A DNA stretch of 64,000 nucleotides from NCBI GenBank assembly GCA_038496445.1, contig JALMLS010000397.1, positions 248,001-312,000 on the forward strand, given 5' to 3'. Below the pieces are notes generated by a model. It made no database searches, was not told the DNA's origin, and saw nothing but the letters and a program-made list of their open reading frames with translations. Made by a program: the position numbers and the translations under genes. The stretch comes from Trichosphaerium sp. ATCC 40318. Its lineage: Eukaryota; Protista; Tubulinea. Each line of letters opens with the position of its first letter. Positions within the stretch are counted from its first letter, which is position 1. Shown piece after piece: positions 57,620-64,000 of the stretch.

Positions 57620-60600
57620 ATGGTACAATTATTAAATAGAATACCTTCGAAGAAATATGGCATTTGTTAATTCCAATTTACATTTGAGTGTTTCCAATCG
57701 ATTTTTATACGTCTAATTACGCGTTAACGCTATTCCTTACGTTATTTCAGGATTTTAGCGATTTAAATTGTGGGGATGCGCTTTCGGCCATCGAAAACTT
57801 CGAAACGAACCAATCAACGGGTTCTATGGGCTTCGTGAACCGTTCTGGTAATACATACGAACCGCCAAAACAGAAAAAGCCTCTGGCACCTCGAAATAAT
57901 ACATCTAACGCACGGAACGCTCCTCAGCAACGTATAAATTTAAAAAGGTACCTACACATCGTACTATTGTGAAATTCCCAAACCTTCCATAAAATACCAT
58001 CAACTTATGTGCGTACAATAGCCCAGTAACGCCTCAACGTCAAAAAAACAGTGGACAGGCGTCAGGTTTTGTGATAAGTCCAAAAAACTTTGTAATAGCA
58101 AAAACAGCAAACACTCAATCAAGAAAACACTTTGGGCAACGCAGGGGCGCAGGGTTAATTAAAACAGAGCCTTCGAATGCCAGTAGACTGTCACCGATGC
58201 AACGCCTTAGAAATCATCAGGCACGTGACCACAAAATCAATCATTTTGTTGAGCAACAAAGGCTCCTATTTCGCTTGGTTCCAGGTATTTTGTTTATGGT
58301 TCATTTAGAAAACTGTAATGAAAGCTGAGCATGCTGCGTTCCCAGATGATTCTGTATGTGATGTAGACACAACACGAAGAGCATCTCAACCTTTATCAAG
58401 TCCAACAAAGTCATTTCGTTCTGAGTATAACAATACAAACCCACAACGTCAAAAGCGTGACGGCTTTGATTTACAAGGTCGTGGGTATACAGGTAGATTC
58501 GCTTACGAAAATACAACGAAACCAGAGCCTACAAGTAATAGTTATACAAAGAAAAGGTACTAATAGTGACTTTTTTGAAGATATGCTGAATGAACTAGAC
58601 GTGGTATGCCTGATCCACACCCATTCCCTTCAGTTATAGAAAGTGAAGATGATATAGAAGCACTCTATGATCAGATGGCGCTCTGTGATTTGATTTATCC
58701 GAGTACGCCAACATGATTTGACAACCGAAGTAAAAGTAACCTAATTTAAAGCTAATCTCGAAATTCGTGATTATCAACAGACCATTGTTCAAGATTGTAT
58801 TTATCATAATACCCTTGTGGTCATACCTACAGGATTGGGTAAAACATTTATTGCTGGTGTTGTTATGTTAAACTACTATCGATGGTTTCCAGAAGGTAGG
58901 AGAGGAGAAGTTTGAACTAATTTTGGTTTTGTTTAATAGTTTGTAGCGAAACTGATTTTTATGGCACCAACCAAGCCTCTTGCACGTCAGCAGTGTGAAT
59001 CCGTTTATAAAATCGCTGGGTTAATAGAAGAAAAGGATATGATTGTTATGGATGGTAGTGTTGCACCTGATAAGCGTGCACGTTATTGGAGGGAGAAACG
59101 TGTTTTTTTCATTACACCTCAAATTCTAAAGAATGACATTGGAAAAAGTACGTTGCTCGATTTGTTATTTTTGGATGTCTGTTAATTAATTTGATTTAGA
59201 TAACTGCTCAGTAGTCGGACAGATTAGATTGCTTGTTTTTGACGAAGCACATCGTGCACAGAAGGCATATGCTTATTGTGATGTTTTGAAAGAAGTTGCT
59301 GCTGTTACAAGACATTTTCGTGTTGTAGCGCTTACGGCTACGCCTGGATGCACGTGATAATAGTAATATTAGTCATACTCATTTATTTTAGCTGATATGA
59401 ATGCAATACAAAGGGTTATCTCAAATTTATTAATTTCAAAACTATGTGTGCGACAAGAAGGCGCAATAGATGTCAAGGTATAAAAAAGTTTACTTCAGTT
59501 TTTTCCAACTGTAAAAAAGTCTTTTGCGTTCCATGCCTGGTACTGACGTTTTTTCTTTGCTTTAGGAATATATTAAAAAGAAGCTTATAGAGACTGTGCG
59601 TGTAGAACTGACAGATGAAATGACACGTGTCAGGAGGTGTTTCTATAAGATATTCTCACCTTCTGTAAATTTTTTGGCTGATCAAGGCGTATTCTATAAA
59701 CGAGACTGTGATTCGTATGTGGTTACGTAATCACTTCGAGAATATTAAATATTGTTTAGGGTCAGTAGAGGGGCTGTATTTATGGCACAAAAAAAGTTTA
59801 GAAGTAATCCTCCTCATGCAATGGATACATCAACGATATATCAAATTTCTGCTCAGTTTGGCTGTACGTTTTTTTCTTGTTTTTTTTTTGTTTTTCTGAC
59901 CTTTGTTTGTTTTATGTTAGTGTGTATGTCTTTAGCTATTGCAAAGGAAACATTAGAGAAACAGGGATTGCGACCTTTTCAGAGTTTCTTGGAGCGTTTC
60001 CGTAAAAAGGAAGAAACAAGTAAAGTTTCTTCTCTTCGTAAGCAGATTGTGCGGTATGGTTGCTGTTTTCTACGCGACTTAGATTCTGTTGTGCTAAGAA
60101 ATCTTTAGAACTGAAGAATGGAGAGAATTGGTTGAGCTCGTTGACGAAATGGCTTCTGTTTCACTAGGACATCCAAAGTTAAAGAAAGTTGAAGAAATTG
60201 TTAAACAGCATTTTCGTGATCACCAAGATACACGTGTTATGATCTTTACAGAAATACGCGATAGTGTTGCACAGATTGTAGAGCTACTAGATCCATATAA
60301 GGTATGATAGTACAAGGCATACTATCTTATTAATACTTAAAAAATAGCCAAATATTGTTTGTCGACCTTTTGTCGGTCAAGCAGGACAAATCTCAAAGAA
60401 AAGAAAGAAAGCGGATGGGAAAAGTGTAGCTGGATTAACTGGAATGACACAAGAGGAGCAAAAGCAAATAATAAAGGTAACCTCAAGATTATTTTCACGT
60501 GTTTTGAATGATAACCAAACAAAAATTCTCAAACAAAACTCTGACCTTTGGGAAACTTCATGCATTCTTATTTCGCTTGGATAATTTTTTCTTGATACTT

Positions 60601-63600
60601 CTTATTTAACCTTTTATTTTGTAGCAATTCCGGTCTGGTGAGGTGAATGTACTTGTTGCAACATCTATTGGTGAAGAAGGTATGGATATTGGTGAAGTTG
60701 ATTTGATTATATGCTTCGATATACAGCAATCTCCTATTCGTTCTATACAACGTGCTGGAAGAACAGGAAGAAAACGTGACGGAAGGTACGTTATCATCGA
60801 ATTTGGAGAATGGAACAAAAACGACTTTTCCAACATTTGTTTTGTTGTTTGACTAGTTGATTTGGCCTTGGCCTTTTGGCTTTTTTTTCTTTGTTTTGGG
60901 GCGGTTTGTATTTGTTGGGTTTTTTTCATGCTTGGGTTGATTTGATTTTCTTTTTAGGTGCGTATTGTTATGTACAAAAGGAGAAGAACAAAGGCTTTTA
61001 AAAAAATGTGCTAAGGATAAAACTTCTCTGTTTAAAATGATGGGAAAGGCTGATGAGAAGTTTTACTTGTATACAAAACAAGCTAGAATGCTTCCAGCTC
61101 ATGCTGAACCACAACTTGTTGAGACAAAGTTTGAAGAGACAGATTTTAATGGTGCTCAACCCACACCTAAAAAAAAGAAAACGAAGAGAAAAACAACATC
61201 CCCTGTACAACCCCAAGTCACAAAACAATCCGCACCTCAGTCGAGTATGTGTATTGCATGGTTTGATTCTTCGTTGTTAATAATAACACGTCTTCTTTCA
61301 GGTCAGGGTGTACTGGCTCTTGCACCTACGTATAGCTTTTCATCAGCAGATAGAAAAATTAACAATAGTATGAAGACATTGTTGAAATGCTCAAAAAGTA
61401 CTTTGAATAGGCCAACGCCTACCTTTAAATGCTCCCATGGCGCTCTATCAAATACATTAATATCTATCGTAAGCCAAGTAAGAAAAGACGACGTAGATAT
61501 GGACGATGAGGTAGCTATTTTTAAATGTCACGTGATTATTAACGAGTTTTGTTTTTAGGAACTTGAAGTAAAAATAGCTCCTAAATTTTCGTCTTCCAAA
61601 CCAAAGGTGAAGAGGGCTCTTGCGTATAATTACGATGATGAAGAAGATGTTATGATGACAGAGTTTGATGAAGAGCGTGCTCTTTTGGAAAATAAATACG
61701 GTCAGAGGCCATCAAAGTCTCCGAAGAGTAAACCTATTTTCAATGATCTTTTGTCAGATTCTGACGAAGATTTTGAAATGTTACAACCTGTTCTAAAGAA
61801 ACCTATTGTAAAGAAAGCAGCACCTATTAAAGCAAAAAAGACGAAACCAAAACCAAAGAAGAGCAAACCAAAACCAAAACCTAAACCTGTCATAGACGTA
61901 CGACTTTTTTTGTGTTCGTAAAGGCTGACAAGTTTCCGTTCCAGGACGATGAGATGGATTTCGAGATGTCACCAGTTAAACGTGATGCACCTTTATCATC
62001 ACGTAAACGACAGTCTTTTGAACATAACGACATGACTTCTTCAGCTTTTGATGAGTCTATAGATGCTATGGAACCACAAATAGATGAAGAGTTTGGTAAT
62101 GCTATTTCTAATACGAAAATTACAATCATTTAAAATTAAGCAAGAGCTTACTAACTCAACTGATTTTAGCGTTTCCTCCTCTTGAATTTGGTGATGCAGA
62201 TGCTAGTCTGGATTTCCCAGAGGGTGATGTTATGGATTTTGATATCGACAACCAAGTAGCAAGCACACCTGCAAAGATGGTACCCAGCAAAAAAACTTGA
62301 TGCCAAACTGACCAATCAATAGAAAAGTCCGCAAAAAACAGATGGTGGTTCGCCTAAGACACCAGAGTCTGATACGTAAGTTTTTACGACATACTATGTG
62401 TTCTAAAAACGTACCTAGGAATAAGTCTCTATCTATGCAGTCGCCATTTAAAGTCAACTTTTCACCAACTCCCAAGAAAAAATTTAACCGATTACGTCGT
62501 GGAACACAACCTCAAGAACCAAGCACCCCTAGTTCAAGCGAATCTAAAAATTCACAACCTGTGAACATTAATATCACATTCTCACCAACGCCTAAGAAGA
62601 AATTAAGCCGTCTTCGTCGTGGATCACAAAATAATACAGTCATTGATGTGACAAGCTCTCAAGAGTCATCTATTGACGACTCAGTATGGTCAAACGCTAA
62701 AGGCCGAGGTGGACAAAATTTTATTGATGATGAGTGCAAGTACGTTAATATTAATCTCATTTTATTGAAATCACGTGGGAGCTTAGCTTATTGTTATTTT
62801 TAGCGTATCTAAAGGAGGTGATTCAAGTGATGATTTTGAAGGTTGGGGAGAGGCTTCTCAGGCGACTAGAGACTTTGTTGTGGATGACAGCCCTATTAGA
62901 TCTAATCATGCTATGTACTATCAGTCATTAAGTTCACAACAACCTGTACGTCCTGCTGGATTTGGCACACCAAAAAGACATGCAAACAGAAATCGTTATA
63001 GAATGGACAAAGTACCCATTCGATCTCCTGGTACGCCCACCCCAACTACAAAATTCTTTATTACTAGCAATAAGGCTAAGTCATCATTTTTTAGTCCCTG
63101 ATACACAAGTACCACCACAAGATGATTCATTACTTGAAGACCTTGTACTTGATGATTTTGCAGATTTTGAGGTATGGGTTTTTTTCATTTGCCTGGGTTT
63201 TCTTTTCTAACATCGCATAGCTCGCACATGAAACACAAGGGCGAATAGCAAATAGTCAATCTCAAAAAGGGTCTCCTCTAAAGTCACCTTCGCCAAAGCC
63301 TCGGTTTAGTCCAAGGAAGTTCATTGCCCCAAAAGTAGCAACACAAAGACCTAAAAAATCACCTATTAAAAAACAAGCCATACCAAAAACACCCAAACAA
63401 TCAACGCCAACCAAAAAAGCATTGTTTGATACTGTAAATTTACCAAAACCTGGTATTGGGAGTCAATCACAAGGCACTAAGAGTAAGCCACAAGACAATA
63501 TTCAACAGAATACAAATGGTGAAGATCCATACGTGCGTATACTGCTGCTCTTCCTAATGTACTTATTTACATTCTGTAGGCTTGGATACTTGCTAAGTTT

Positions 63601-64000
63601 AAGCCTTGTCCTATTATGGGTCATGCGAATAGACCTGCTCCTCCTTTGAGAGGTACGTTTGTTTATTGTTCTTTCTTTTTTCTGACTTTTTTTGTTCAGG
63701 CAAAAAACCATTACCTGATGGATCTCCTACTAGTTTAGAAGGGCAATCTATACTTGTTACTGGTGTATTAGATTCTTTAGATAGAAAGGAGTGCGAAAAG
63801 CTAATAATAAAACATGGAGGAAAGGTTTCTAGGTCAGTTTGTAAAAAAACAACCTGTGTTGTCTTTGGTAATTTCTACGGTCGTTCCAAGCTTGAAAAGG
63901 TCAAGACTGGGTATGTCAAGTATTTATGTTTATACCATTGCGTCATCTAATGTTCTTTGTTAGAGGTATCAAAGCTGTTGATGAAGACATGCTGTTTGCT
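57620..64000 (+). CDS. FANCM: FANCM/Mph1-family DEAH helicase with C-terminal RFC1-type BRCT domain (runs off window end)
   Basis: [76 protein letters not shown]; acidic FIDDEC..AMYYQSL motif; [39 protein letters not shown]. Confidence 0.9.

Overview
AT-rich (~35% GC by eye), gene-dense, intron-rich eukaryotic DNA, probably a free-living protist (Amoebozoa-like by inference). About 22 genes can be rebuilt by hand from short (~40-130 nt) spliceosomal introns; the standard genetic code fits throughout. Housekeeping genes: long-form UxaA-family dehydratase, NRK-like kinase, GH63/MGH1-like glycosidase, TMEM53, DUF202, glutathione reductase, a cullin-2-like cullin and a FANCM/Mph1 helicase. The standout is a spliced gene at 7396-13129 that fuses a degenerate Rac/Rho domain (broken nucleotide motifs, intact switch I/II), a Roc-COR module, a PARP-type ADP-ribosyltransferase with an H-Y-E triad and a receiver-like domain, a candidate decoy-sensor/executioner immune protein. 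Also notable: FANCM running in frame into an RFC1-type BRCT domain; a Chorein_N lipid-bridge protein with a DEP domain; an intronless, turning-over F-box/LRR family next to an F-box-like/MORN-variant gene; a candidate U12 intron in the cullin; frequent GC-AG introns and AAG acceptors; a two-blade secreted Kelch protein; and paralog relics. Exon boundaries and domain calls come from manual reading and motif recall, not searches.
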